Below are positions 44,349-53,381 of a stretch of 64,000 nt of DNA, one piece after another; position 1 is the first letter of the stretch, and each line of letters begins with the position of its first letter. The DNA is from Myxococcota bacterium (GTDB lineage Bacteria > Myxococcota_A > Polyangia > Nannocystales > Nannocystaceae): assembly GCA_039028615.1 (NCBI GenBank), contig JBCCHT010000055.1, positions 1 to 64,000 of the forward strand, written 5' to 3'. Under the pieces are notes generated by a model, which worked only from the letters and a program-made list of their open reading frames with translations, was not told where the DNA came from and made no database searches. A program made the position numbers and the translations under genes.

Positions 44349-44425
44349 CCGCACCAAGCTTTCACCGTCTGCGCCCGCTTGTCACGTCGGTGGCCTCGGG
44401 CCGCAGACCGGGTCGGCGGCCGGCC

Positions 44426-45535
44426 TCAACCGTCGGCGATCGTGGCCCGCAACAGCGCCTCGTAGCGCGGCAGGACCTGCGAGTCCGCATGCGGCCGGGT
44501 CATCGCTCGCCGGTCCGCCCGCAAGGCTCCCCCCTCGCACCACGCCCGACACTGCTCGCCGAGGCGTCGCACGAGGTCGTCGTCGGAATCGTAGCGGTAC
44601 TCGGCGGCAAACAGCTCCGGGTACGAGAGACGATCGGGGACCAGGGGGTACGCCCCGGCGTGCGCCGCCTCGAGCATCGCGATGCCGAAGAACTCGTGGT
44701 CTGCGGTCGAGACCGCGATGTGAGCCCGACCGAGCACCTCGCGATAGGCCTCGCCCGTCTCGCAGTAGCCCCAATGCACGACCCGATCGCCCAGCCACTT
44801 TTGGGCCTGCTCGAACACGGGCGGCACCCGACGATAACGCTGCCCGCACACCGCCACTCGAAACGGCACCTCGGCGTCGAGCAACGCTCGCAGCGCAGCG
44901 AAGAATCGGTCGGGTCGCTTGTCGTGCTCCCACCGATGGTTCCACAGGATCACCGGGCCCGACGCGCGGCTCGGGTCGTCCGGGGGGCACTCGGGCCGCG
45001 GCGCTTCGTCGGGCAACGGGACGGGCACGCCGAGCACCTCACTGCGAGCTGCGATCCGGTCGATCCACCCCCGCGGCACCGCGTCGGGCATCTTGGCCAG
45101 CAGGGCTGCCCCCGCCTCGAGGAAGCCGTCGCGGTTGTGCGCCGAGTTGAACACGCAGCGGGTCGCCGCCAGCGCGGAGACGAGCTGGGTGAAGCCGAAG
45201 TGGTGATCGCGAGCCTTGGTCTCGCCGCCCTGGTCGGGGTACGTGAGCTGATTTTCGTGGAAGTACAGCACCGTCGGCCGCCGCGCGAGCGTGGGGCACA
45301 GCCCGATGAGCTCGGCCAAGGGCACGTAGCTGCTGGCGAAGAGCAGATCGTGGTCCCCTTCGAGCACCTCGCGGTGCTCCAGCGCCGCCCATGCCGCAAA
45401 CCCGCGCATGCGCCATTTCCAGTGGCGTCCGGGCAGGGTCAGGGTCGTCCATCGCGCCTCGATGCCGCCCGTCAGGGACCGCGTGAAACTCGCGTGTGAT
45501 CCGCCCTCGAAGGGTTCGACGTAGAGGATACGCAT
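44426..45535 (-). CDS. GT-B glycosyltransferase, DUF3524/GTDC1 (QTMAN)-like
   Basis: EPFEGGSH, LPGRHWKWRMRG, YFHENQL.YP, FNSAHN, WNHRWEHDK, HEFFGI, RLSYPE. Confidence 0.88.
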   Translation of the reverse strand: MRILYVEPFEGGSHASFTRSLTGGIEARWTTLTLPGRHWKWRMRGFAAWAALEHREVLEGDHDLLFASSYVPLAELIGLCPTLARRPTVLYFHENQLTYPDQGGETKARDHHFGFTQLVSALAATRCVFNSAHNRDGFLEAGAALLAKMPDAVPRGWIDRIAARSEVLGVPVPLPDEAPRPECPPDDPSRASGPVILWNHRWEHDKRPDRFFAALRALLDAEVPFRVAVCGQRYRRVPPVFEQAQKWLGDRVVHWGYCETGEAYREVLGRAHIAVSTADHEFFGIAMLEAAHAGAYPLVPDRLSYPELFAAEYRYDSDDDLVRRLGEQCRAWCEGGALRADRRAMTRPHADSQVLPRYEALLRATIADG

Positions 45536-45625
45536 GCAGTAACCGCCGTTGGCGCCCGTGCATACCCCAAGTACGCGCCAAGTGGTGGCCCCGATGTCAT
45601 CATGGCCCACAGGAGCGAAGCGAAG

Positions 45626-46339
45626 ATGGACGACGAACAAGGACCCGATCTCCTCCGCAAGATCCGCCGACGCGAGCTCCTCATGCGAGCCGCGACCGGC
45701 TCGGTCGTCACCGCCCTGGGCGGCGGCCTCTACTACCTCTCCGATTCCCTGACCCGCGAAGCCAAGGCCCAAAGCCGCGACGACGGCCGCCCTCGCCTGC
45801 CCCCCGGGCAGCGAGTCATCGAGCGCCTCAAGCCCATGGGGGGCCAGCCCGGCGATCCCAGCCGCGCCAACTTCCGCCTCAAGGTGCACGGCGAGGTCGA
45901 CAACCCCCTCGACCTCAACTTCGCCGACCTGCTCAAGCTCGGCCCCTCCACCGTACGGGCCGACGTGCACTGCGTGACCGGCTGGAGCCTGCTCGGCGCG
46001 AGCTGGACCGGCGTCACCATCAAGAAGCTGGCCGAGACCGCGGGCATTCGCGACACGGCTCGCCACGTGATCTTCGAGGCGGCCGGAGGCTACACCGCCA
46101 ACGTGCGCCTGCGCGAGGCGATGGGCGACGACGTCATGGTCACCTGGGAGCACGAGGGTCGACCCCTGCGGCGCCCCAACGGTGCACCCGTCCGCTCGCT
46201 CGTTCCCGACCTGTACTTCTGGAAGAGCTCCAAGTGGCTGACCGGCGTGCGCTTCACTCGACGCGACCACCCGGGCTACTGGGAGATGCGCGGCTATCAC
46301 AACCACGCCGACCCGTGGAAGGAAGAGCGATATGGCTGA
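45626..46339 (+). CDS. Tat-exported molybdopterin oxidoreductase (sulfite oxidase/MsrP-like)
   Basis: RRRELL Tat-like motif, LPPGQ, DVHCVTGWS (Mo-ligating Cys), YFWKS.KW, GYWE.RGYH. Confidence 0.88.
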   Translation: MDDEQGPDLLRKIRRRELLMRAATGSVVTALGGGLYYLSDSLTREAKAQSRDDGRPRLPPGQRVIERLKPMGGQPGDPSRANFRLKVHGEVDNPLDLNFADLLKLGPSTVRADVHCVTGWSLLGASWTGVTIKKLAETAGIRDTARHVIFEAAGGYTANVRLREAMGDDVMVTWEHEGRPLRRPNGAPVRSLVPDLYFWKSSKWLTGVRFTRRDHPGYWEMRGYHNHADPWKEERYG

Positions 46340-46943
46340 AGAGCGCGCCGACGCGGCGCCTCGGAAAAAGCCCTCTCGACGCATCGGCAACCGGCTCCGC
46401 AAGTGGCTGCGAGCCCTCCACCGCGACTTCGGCTACATCGCGGTGGGCCTGACCTTCATCTATGCGCTCAGCGGCTTGGCGGTCAATCACATCGCCGACT
46501 GGGATCCCAACTTCGAGAACTACGAGCGCGAGTTCACCGTCGAGGCTCCCCTGCCCGACGACGACGAGCAAGCCGCGGCCATCGTGCAGAAGGCGGCCGG
46601 GGTGCAAGGCGAGCCCCTCGACATCTACCGGGTCACCGACGACCTGCTCGAGGTCACCTACGACGACCGCACACTGCACGTGACCATGAGCAGCGGCCGC
46701 GTATTCGAAGAGGGGCAAGAGCCGCGCTTTTTCATTCGCGCCGCCAACTGGTTGCACCTCAATCGCGGCAAGAAGGCCTGGACCTGGTTCGCCGACGGCT
46801 ACGCCATCGTGCTGCTGTTCCTCGCCACCTCGGGCATCTTCATGCTGCCCGGACGCAAGGGCCTGGTCGGTCGCGGCGCCGTGCTCATCGGCTTGGGGAT
46901 CGCCGTACCACTCATCTACCTGACCTACGTCGGTAGCCCGTAG
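46332..46943 (+). CDS. PepSY-associated TM helix protein
   Basis: R.LHRD.G, SGLAVNH, NWLHLN, three TM helices. Confidence 0.82.
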   Translation: MAEERADAAPRKKPSRRIGNRLRKWLRALHRDFGYIAVGLTFIYALSGLAVNHIADWDPNFENYEREFTVEAPLPDDDEQAAAIVQKAAGVQGEPLDIYRVTDDLLEVTYDDRTLHVTMSSGRVFEEGQEPRFFIRAANWLHLNRGKKAWTWFADGYAIVLLFLATSGIFMLPGRKGLVGRGAVLIGLGIAVPLIYLTYVGSP

Positions 46944-46969
46944 CCGCGAACCGTGCCATCGTCGATGCG

Positions 46970-47857
46970 ATGGCAGACAGCCGGGTGACTCGACGACGCG
47001 CTCTGGCGGCCATGGCTGCGGCGGGCACCGCCCCCATGCTGTGGCTGCCCGGCTGCCAGCAGGACCCCTACGGCAGCCGGCCGCAGCCCAGCCCGCCGCC
47101 GCCCGCCGTGCCCTCGCGCGGGAGCGAAGCCAGCATCGTCCAGCGGATCCAGGCCCGCGCCACCAAAGACGGCCAGGACGCCACGCTCTCCCGCGTGTTC
47201 CCCTCGCCCCAGCTGCGCAACCTCGACCCCTTCGTCCTGCTCGACGACTTCGACGTGCGGGTGCCCGCCGGTTTTCCCGATCATCCGCACCGAGGCTTCG
47301 AGGCGTTCACCTACATGATCGAGGGCGCGTTTCATCACCGCGACAACCTCGGCAACGACTCCACCATCTCCGCAGGCGGGACCCAGCGCTTCAACTCGGG
47401 CTCGGGCGCACGCCACTCCGAGATGCCGGGCACCCGCGGCAGCAACCGCGGCCTGCAGCTATGGGTGAACCTGCCGCGGGCCAAAAAATCGATGACGCCC
47501 GAGTACCAAGGGGTGCAAAGCGACGACATGCCCGTCGACGAGCGCGAGGGGCAGCGTGTCCACACCATCGTGGGGCCGACCTCTCCGGTCGCGCTGCATA
47601 CCGATGTCGAGTACCTCGACGTCACGCTGCTGGCGGACGGTCGCTTCGGGCGCGTGATCCCGGCCGACGCCAGCACGCTGCTTTACGTGCTCGACGGCTC
47701 GGTGCAGGTGGGCGAGACGGTCGTGCCGCGCGGACACGGGCTGGTACTCGGCGAGGGCGAGCTCGAGGCCAAGGGCAAGGCGGGGACACGCTTCGCGTGG
47801 CTTCGCGGCGCGCCACACCACGAGCCCATCCGCCACCGCGGTCCCTTCGTCGACTAG
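46970..47857 (+). CDS. Pirin-family protein with Tat/lipoprotein signal
   Basis: TRRRAL...LPGC signal; DPFVLLD, HPHRGFE, H.E, LQLWVNLP, GPFV. Confidence 0.9.
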   Translation: MADSRVTRRRALAAMAAAGTAPMLWLPGCQQDPYGSRPQPSPPPPAVPSRGSEASIVQRIQARATKDGQDATLSRVFPSPQLRNLDPFVLLDDFDVRVPAGFPDHPHRGFEAFTYMIEGAFHHRDNLGNDSTISAGGTQRFNSGSGARHSEMPGTRGSNRGLQLWVNLPRAKKSMTPEYQGVQSDDMPVDEREGQRVHTIVGPTSPVALHTDVEYLDVTLLADGRFGRVIPADASTLLYVLDGSVQVGETVVPRGHGLVLGEGELEAKGKAGTRFAWLRGAPHHEPIRHRGPFVD

Positions 47858-48492
47858 GCCGCAGTGCCCCGCATCTGCGGGTGCCCGAGCAAGCGCCCAG
47901 CTGAAGGCTTCGGAATGAACGTTGCCGCCAGGTTCGTTCGCCATGGCTGACACATCGCCGATGGGCCGACGGGTTCGATCGCCCAGGTTCGGGGGTCGCG
48001 ACTCGTGTATGTCCAAACACCGACAGTGCGGACCCCGCTACGCCATGCGTGACATCCGTAGCGTTACCCACCGTGGCGTCGCCCCGCGATGTCGATTGTG
48101 GTCCATTCCGTCGTCGAACCGTCGTTGCACGAGGATAGAGTGACGCACCGCTTCGGGGGCCGTTCATGGTTCCCTACGCCACCTCCCCGGCCACGCCCAT
48201 GACCAACCCGATCACGATCTCTCTCGCGTTGATGTGTTGCGCGTTCCTGGTCGCCGTCGCCTACGTTGCGATCGACGAGCGCGTCTGAGCGGGTCTCGCC
48301 TCGATCGACACGGTGAGACCACGCCGACACTCCGGTGGCGAGCCATGCCCCTGGAGCCGGGGAGGGCGTTGTCTGCGCTAGCGCTCGAGTGCGCGTGCTC
48401 GTCCTTCGTACCGGCCGTAGGCAGTCGTACGGGCCCCCCAGAGCCATCTCACGGGCGCTCGGGCGACCAGGCGCTACTCTTCGCGCACTACT

Positions 48493-50157
48493 GTGAATGC
48501 TTGGCTTCGTTGGGGGTGTGCAGCCCTGCTGCTGGCGAGTTGCCGGGATGCCGAGGAGGTCGCCAACTCGGCCGACTCGGACGGTCCAGATGGGGGCTCG
48601 TCGACGACCGGCGAGACTCCCGAGCACGATCCACCGTCGGCGGCTGAGCCCAAGGCAGGCCGGCTCACCCATCTGCAGTACCGCTACGCCGTGCTCGATG
48701 TGCTGGGCGTCGAGATGACCGACGATGAAATCGACGCGCTTCCCCGGGACATCCCGACGGGGCGTGACTACTCGACCACCATCGGTCCGCAGTCCTTCAA
48801 CTCCAGCTACGTCCTCGCGTACGCACAGATCGCGCGCTCCGTCACGGAGCGTCTCGATCTCGACCAGCTCGTGGCTGAGGTCGCCGGTTGCGACGGCATC
48901 GATCCCAGCTGCCGCCCCGCGCTGGTGGAGCGTCTGGGACTGCAGATGTACCGACGTCCGCTCACCCCCGACGAGCAAGAGCGCTACCTGGATCTGGCCA
49001 CCGCCATCGCGGCCGCGTCCGAGACGACGGAGCACGATGTCGTCCGCGGCATCGTCCAGGCGATGATGCAGGCGCCGTCGTTCCTGTACCGGATCGAAAA
49101 CGAGATCGAGGGGGAGCCCGGCACGGTGCACGTCGTCGACGGCTACGAGTTGGCGACCCGGCTGTCGTTCTTCCTGTGGCAGTCGGCCCCCGACGAGGAA
49201 CTGCTCGAGTTCGCGGCAGGACCCGAGGGCGACGGTGAGTTCGATCCCGACGCTGTCTCCGAGCAGATCGACCGCATGCTGGCCGACCCGAGGTTCGCCC
49301 GCTCGCGTTCGCTGTTCTGGGGCGACTATACGCTGGCGTCGCGGTCGGCCTTCGGCACCTCGGACACTGCCCTCGCCGACGAGCTGCGCAACAGCCTGGT
49401 GGCGACGCTGGAGCGGATCTCGGGAGCATCGGGCAGCGAAGAGCCCCTATCGGCCCTCTTCGACGGGCGCGAGCTGGTCATGACCCCCGCGGTGGCCGAG
49501 CTCGCGGGGGCAACCGTTCAGGGAGAGGGCCTGCAGGTCTACGACGTGGCCGACATGGACGAGCGCCTCGGCGTCGTCACGCATCCCGCCATGCTCGCTT
49601 CGATGGGCACGACCTCCTTCGTGGGCCGCGGCTTGTTCTTGAGCGAGCGGCTTTTGTGCCAACGGGTCGCCACGCCGCCCGACGAAGTCAGCGAGGACAT
49701 CGAGAATACGGCCCAGGCCACGGAAGACATGACCCCGCGAGAGGCCAGCGAGTTCCGCTTCGGGCTGGAGCCGGTCTGCCTCAGCTGCCACACCCAGTTC
49801 GAGCCCATCGCCTACGCGTTCGAGCGCTACGACATCACCGGGCACTTCTCCACCGTCGACGAGCACGGCCGTGCCTTGTTCTCCCACGGCGTGCTGCCCC
49901 CCAACGGCGACCGCCCCGAGATTGCCTTTGCCGACGCGCCCGAGCTGCTCAGCCAACTGGCGCAGGACCAGACGGTCTACCGCTGCCTCGTGGACAACAT
50001 GACGGAGTTCGGCACCGGTCAGCCCCCGAGCGCGCTGGGCAACTTCCTCGACCTGGCCACGGTGGCCTTCCTTCGAGACGGACTGACCTTCGAGCAGCTC
50101 GTCCGGGCCGTGGCGACCAACGAGCAACGAACCCTCACGAGGGTGGTGGAGCCATGA
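48493..50157 (+). CDS. DUF1592/DUF1588/DUF1595-type lipoprotein with a CxxCH motif
   Basis: LASC lipobox, RLT..QY, YRRPL, PSFLYR.E, ELATRLSFFLW.S.PD, RG....E.LLC, CLSCH. Confidence 0.88.
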   Translation: MNAWLRWGCAALLLASCRDAEEVANSADSDGPDGGSSTTGETPEHDPPSAAEPKAGRLTHLQYRYAVLDVLGVEMTDDEIDALPRDIPTGRDYSTTIGPQSFNSSYVLAYAQIARSVTERLDLDQLVAEVAGCDGIDPSCRPALVERLGLQMYRRPLTPDEQERYLDLATAIAAASETTEHDVVRGIVQAMMQAPSFLYRIENEIEGEPGTVHVVDGYELATRLSFFLWQSAPDEELLEFAAGPEGDGEFDPDAVSEQIDRMLADPRFARSRSLFWGDYTLASRSAFGTSDTALADELRNSLVATLERISGASGSEEPLSALFDGRELVMTPAVAELAGATVQGEGLQVYDVADMDERLGVVTHPAMLASMGTTSFVGRGLFLSERLLCQRVATPPDEVSEDIENTAQATEDMTPREASEFRFGLEPVCLSCHTQFEPIAYAFERYDITGHFSTVDEHGRALFSHGVLPPNGDRPEIAFADAPELLSQLAQDQTVYRCLVDNMTEFGTGQPPSALGNFLDLATVAFLRDGLTFEQLVRAVATNEQRTLTRVVEP

Positions 50158-51584
50158 GCCGAACGAAGCCACGCGGGTTGACGCGCCGTGCCCTGCTCCG
50201 CGGGGCAGGCGGGGCGGCCATCGCCCTCCCGCTACTGCCCGAGCTGTTGCCCCGCGCCCGGGCGGCGAGCGATGACGCGATCCCGTGTCGCTTGTTCACC
50301 ATGAGCTTCGGTCTGGGACTGTCGACCGCGATGCAGGCGGAGCGCTTCGAAGGTCCGCTCGAGCCGCTGTCGCCGTTCGCCAGCAAGGCTGCGCTGTTCA
50401 CCAGTATCGACAACGAGCCGCTGTCGGGGAGCGGGACACCGCACTACCGCATGGCCGCCGCGTTGTTCACCGGAGTCCCGCAGCAGGGCGCGCCCTCGTA
50501 CACCGCCAATGGACCGAGCATGGAGCAGGTGATGAAGCGGGCGCTTCATCCCAGCGGCGTGCCGAACGTGGCCATTCCCGAGCTGTCGGCGGGGTTGTGG
50601 TCGAACACGGGGTGCGTGGCCGCGTTCACGCGCCACTGGAACGACGACGGCTCGCCGGGGCGGCGACCCGAGCGGAGGCCCTCGGAGGTCTTCGAGACGC
50701 TCTTTGGTGGTCTGCCCCCTCCAGACTCTCCCGGTGGGCCAACGCCTGCGGACATCGCCGCCCGTCACGTGCACCGTAGCGTGCTCGACACGGTGCTCGA
50801 CGACTACGCCGCGATGGTCGGGCCCAACTCGCCGCTGGGGGCGGAGTCCAAGGCCCGCATCGACAACCATCTGTCGGCCATCCGCGACGTCGAGAAGCAG
50901 CTCGTGCGCCCCCTGGACTCGGATCCTCCGCGTGAATGCCCGGGGGAGGTCCCCGACGATGTCAGCGACCCGGAGCCCTACTCGTTTTACGACGCCAAGA
51001 CGGGCGTCGCGGGCAACGGCGCGCCGCAGATCGACTGGCAGGTGGCCGATGCCGCGATGCAGCTCATCGGCCGGCTCGTGGCTCTGGGGGCGGCCTGCGA
51101 CCAGCTTCGCTTCGGCAGTCTAGTTTCCCTCGCGGCGGGGGAGTACCTGCGCTTCGCCGGAGACTACTCGGCACTCGGCGAAACGGTCGACTTCAGCCAG
51201 CTGTTTTCGGTCAGCACGGCCCACGACGCGATCTTCCACGCCTACAACCCGGCCGCGGTCCGCATGCACCAGCACCTCTCCCTGTCCATGCTGGCCCATA
51301 CGCTCACGGAGATGGACGCCATCGTGGAGCCCAACGGGCAGACCCTGCTGGACAACTCGCTGGTGCTGTTGGCCACCGAGTACGGGGAAAACCACATCGC
51401 CGAGCCGGCCTTCCACGCCGTCTTGGGCGGCGGCGAGCGCTTCAACCCGGGGTGGTACGAGCAGCCGCTCTTGCCGTCGGACGTCTACCATCAGGCCATG
51501 GCCGCCTATGAGATCGACTCTGGCATCCCCACGCGCTGGCCTGCCTACGTGGAGACGGAGATCCCAGGGTTCCGCAATCAATAG
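50154..51584 (+). CDS. DUF1552-family Tat-exported protein
   Basis: LTRRALLRGAGGAAIALPLL, SVLD.V, HL.AIRDVE, TLLDNSLV; ATGA-coupled to the DUF1592 gene. Confidence 0.85.
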   Translation: MSRTKPRGLTRRALLRGAGGAAIALPLLPELLPRARAASDDAIPCRLFTMSFGLGLSTAMQAERFEGPLEPLSPFASKAALFTSIDNEPLSGSGTPHYRMAAALFTGVPQQGAPSYTANGPSMEQVMKRALHPSGVPNVAIPELSAGLWSNTGCVAAFTRHWNDDGSPGRRPERRPSEVFETLFGGLPPPDSPGGPTPADIAARHVHRSVLDTVLDDYAAMVGPNSPLGAESKARIDNHLSAIRDVEKQLVRPLDSDPPRECPGEVPDDVSDPEPYSFYDAKTGVAGNGAPQIDWQVADAAMQLIGRLVALGAACDQLRFGSLVSLAAGEYLRFAGDYSALGETVDFSQLFSVSTAHDAIFHAYNPAAVRMHQHLSLSMLAHTLTEMDAIVEPNGQTLLDNSLVLLATEYGENHIAEPAFHAVLGGGERFNPGWYEQPLLPSDVYHQAMAAYEIDSGIPTRWPAYVETEIPGFRNQ

Positions 51585-51594
51585 GTCCACCACG

Positions 51595-51745
51595 TAGCGG
51601 CAGCGACCTTCGCCGATGGCGTAGGGCTGGCGATGCTCTGCAGCAGCATGCCCATGCCGACCTGGCGATGATCGGGCTGGTAGTACTCGGGCTCCTCGTA
51701 GCCCCCGAAGCTCCACGAGCTGACCCACACCCGAGTGAGCGCCTC
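51595..51745 (-). pseudogene. Collapsed remnant of the 3' part of the PPDK_N gene at 53382-55613
   Basis: Colinear nucleotide matches to 53383-53417, 53535-53553 and 53814-53915; translates EALTRVW..SWSFG.YEE.EYYQ.DHRQVGMGML and QPY.IGEGRCR. Confidence 0.85.
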
Positions 51746-51966
51746 TTCGATGAACCAGGCGACCGGATGCCACGGACGGGCCACTGCCGTCGACCATGGT
51801 TCCATCCGGCACTCGAATTACGAAAGCGAGCCGGGCGCCCCCATACGAGGGTGCTTGCATCGGCGCCGAGTGCCCATCGCGATGCGGTCGCCGACGGTGG
51901 AAGGATCACGGCGACCGACGAGCACCCTTGCCAGCCACGATGCGCAGGGCCAAAGTGGATGGCTGT

Positions 51967-53256
51967 ATGGTTGTGTCGCTCCGCTCGCGTTCACTCATCG
52001 GCACGCTGGTGCTCGGTGGAGCATGCGGTCCATCGGCGGCGCCGAGCGATGGTGGTGCCAGCGGTTCCACGACGGCAACCTCGGGGACCTCGAGCGGCGC
52101 GCTTTCGGCCGAGGCCTCCGGCACCACGGAGAGTGCCACCGACTGCCCCGAGTCCGATCTTCCCGAGCCGTTCTGCCACGTATTCTGGCCTCACGAGACA
52201 CTGAGCATTCCCACGGCCCTGCTGTCGAACGTGCGTGACGGCGTGCGCCCGAGCGTCGTGTACGACCGGGACCAATCGAGATTGTTGCTGGTCAACCCGC
52301 TCGACCCAACCGAGGTATTCGTCGAAGGCCCGCCCACCGTCGAGCTCCCCCCGAGCTTCACCCCGACGGTCGGGGACATCGATGGGGATGGAGCGGAGGA
52401 TCTCGCGTACTACGCCGGGAACGACCCGCAGGAAGTCGCGGTGTACCACGGCGACAGTCTCGACTACTGGACCACGGTACCCGCTGGAACCGGGTTCGCA
52501 CGGATGGTCGGGACCGTCGATGTGGACGGCGACGATGCGGCCGAACTCCTCGTCGCCGAGATCGACGACGACGGCATGACCTTCAATGCGTTCGGCGCCG
52601 ACGGGGCCGAACTGCAGCTCGAACAGTCCGCGCAGACCGGGGTCGGATGCATCGTCGGGGCCCCCGCGCAAGCGGACTTCAATGGGGACGGGCGCACCGA
52701 TTTACTCTTCGCGTGGCCCGAAGGTTGCGAGCCGTATCTGGAGGCGTCCAACACTCCCCGACAGGTGACGACCGTGCTCGCGGCCAGCGAGCCCTCGCCC
52801 GAGATGGTCTTCAGCCATTCGCCGCAACCGGTGTGGGCTCGCGACGTCGAGGTTGCGGATCTCGACGGCGACCGCGACGCCGAGCTGATCATCGTCGAGA
52901 GCATGGACGTCATCGTCGTCATGAACTGGCGCGATGGTGCCTTCGTCGAACAAGAGCGGCTGAGCGTCCCCGCTGGATATCACGACGTCACCCTCGACCA
53001 AGTCGTGGCGGGGAACTTCGCCAACCGAGGCCTCGGCAGCGGCGTGTTCGTGGCCCCTCTCCTTCCCGACCACGAGGATTTCGTGCCCGGGGAGGGCTCC
53101 TTTGGCGTCCTCTTCCGCGCCGATGTCTCACCGCAGTTCATGGAAGTCGCGTGGACCGGGGTGTTTTACGGCACCGATCTGAACGACGACGGAGCCGCCG
53201 ACTTCTTTGCCCGGCGGGATGGCACGCCCGGAGTATTCGTTTCGACGTCACAGTAG
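51967..53256 (+). CDS. FG-GAP/VCBS-repeat lipoprotein
   Basis: GGAC lipobox; GDIDGDGAEDL, DVDGDDAAEL, ADFNGDGRTDL, ADLDGDRDAEL, DLNDDGAADF. Confidence 0.85.
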   Translation: MVVSLRSRSLIGTLVLGGACGPSAAPSDGGASGSTTATSGTSSGALSAEASGTTESATDCPESDLPEPFCHVFWPHETLSIPTALLSNVRDGVRPSVVYDRDQSRLLLVNPLDPTEVFVEGPPTVELPPSFTPTVGDIDGDGAEDLAYYAGNDPQEVAVYHGDSLDYWTTVPAGTGFARMVGTVDVDGDDAAELLVAEIDDDGMTFNAFGADGAELQLEQSAQTGVGCIVGAPAQADFNGDGRTDLLFAWPEGCEPYLEASNTPRQVTTVLAASEPSPEMVFSHSPQPVWARDVEVADLDGDRDAELIIVESMDVIVVMNWRDGAFVEQERLSVPAGYHDVTLDQVVAGNFANRGLGSGVFVAPLLPDHEDFVPGEGSFGVLFRADVSPQFMEVAWTGVFYGTDLNDDGAADFFARRDGTPGVFVSTSQ

Positions 53257-53381
53257 CCCGACCCACCGATAGAACCCGATGTCGCTATCGGGTCTTTCGC
53301 CATTGCTTCGAGAACGACGAACCAATGACATCACGACGATTGTGCGCCCGCGTCCTTGCGCTCGTTCGAGAGGCAGAGATT

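Noticed and set aside
45536..46402. N-terminal extension of the 658-aa glycosyltransferase ORF
   Set aside because: Antisense to the molybdoenzyme gene; family motifs begin at MRILYVEPF (45535)
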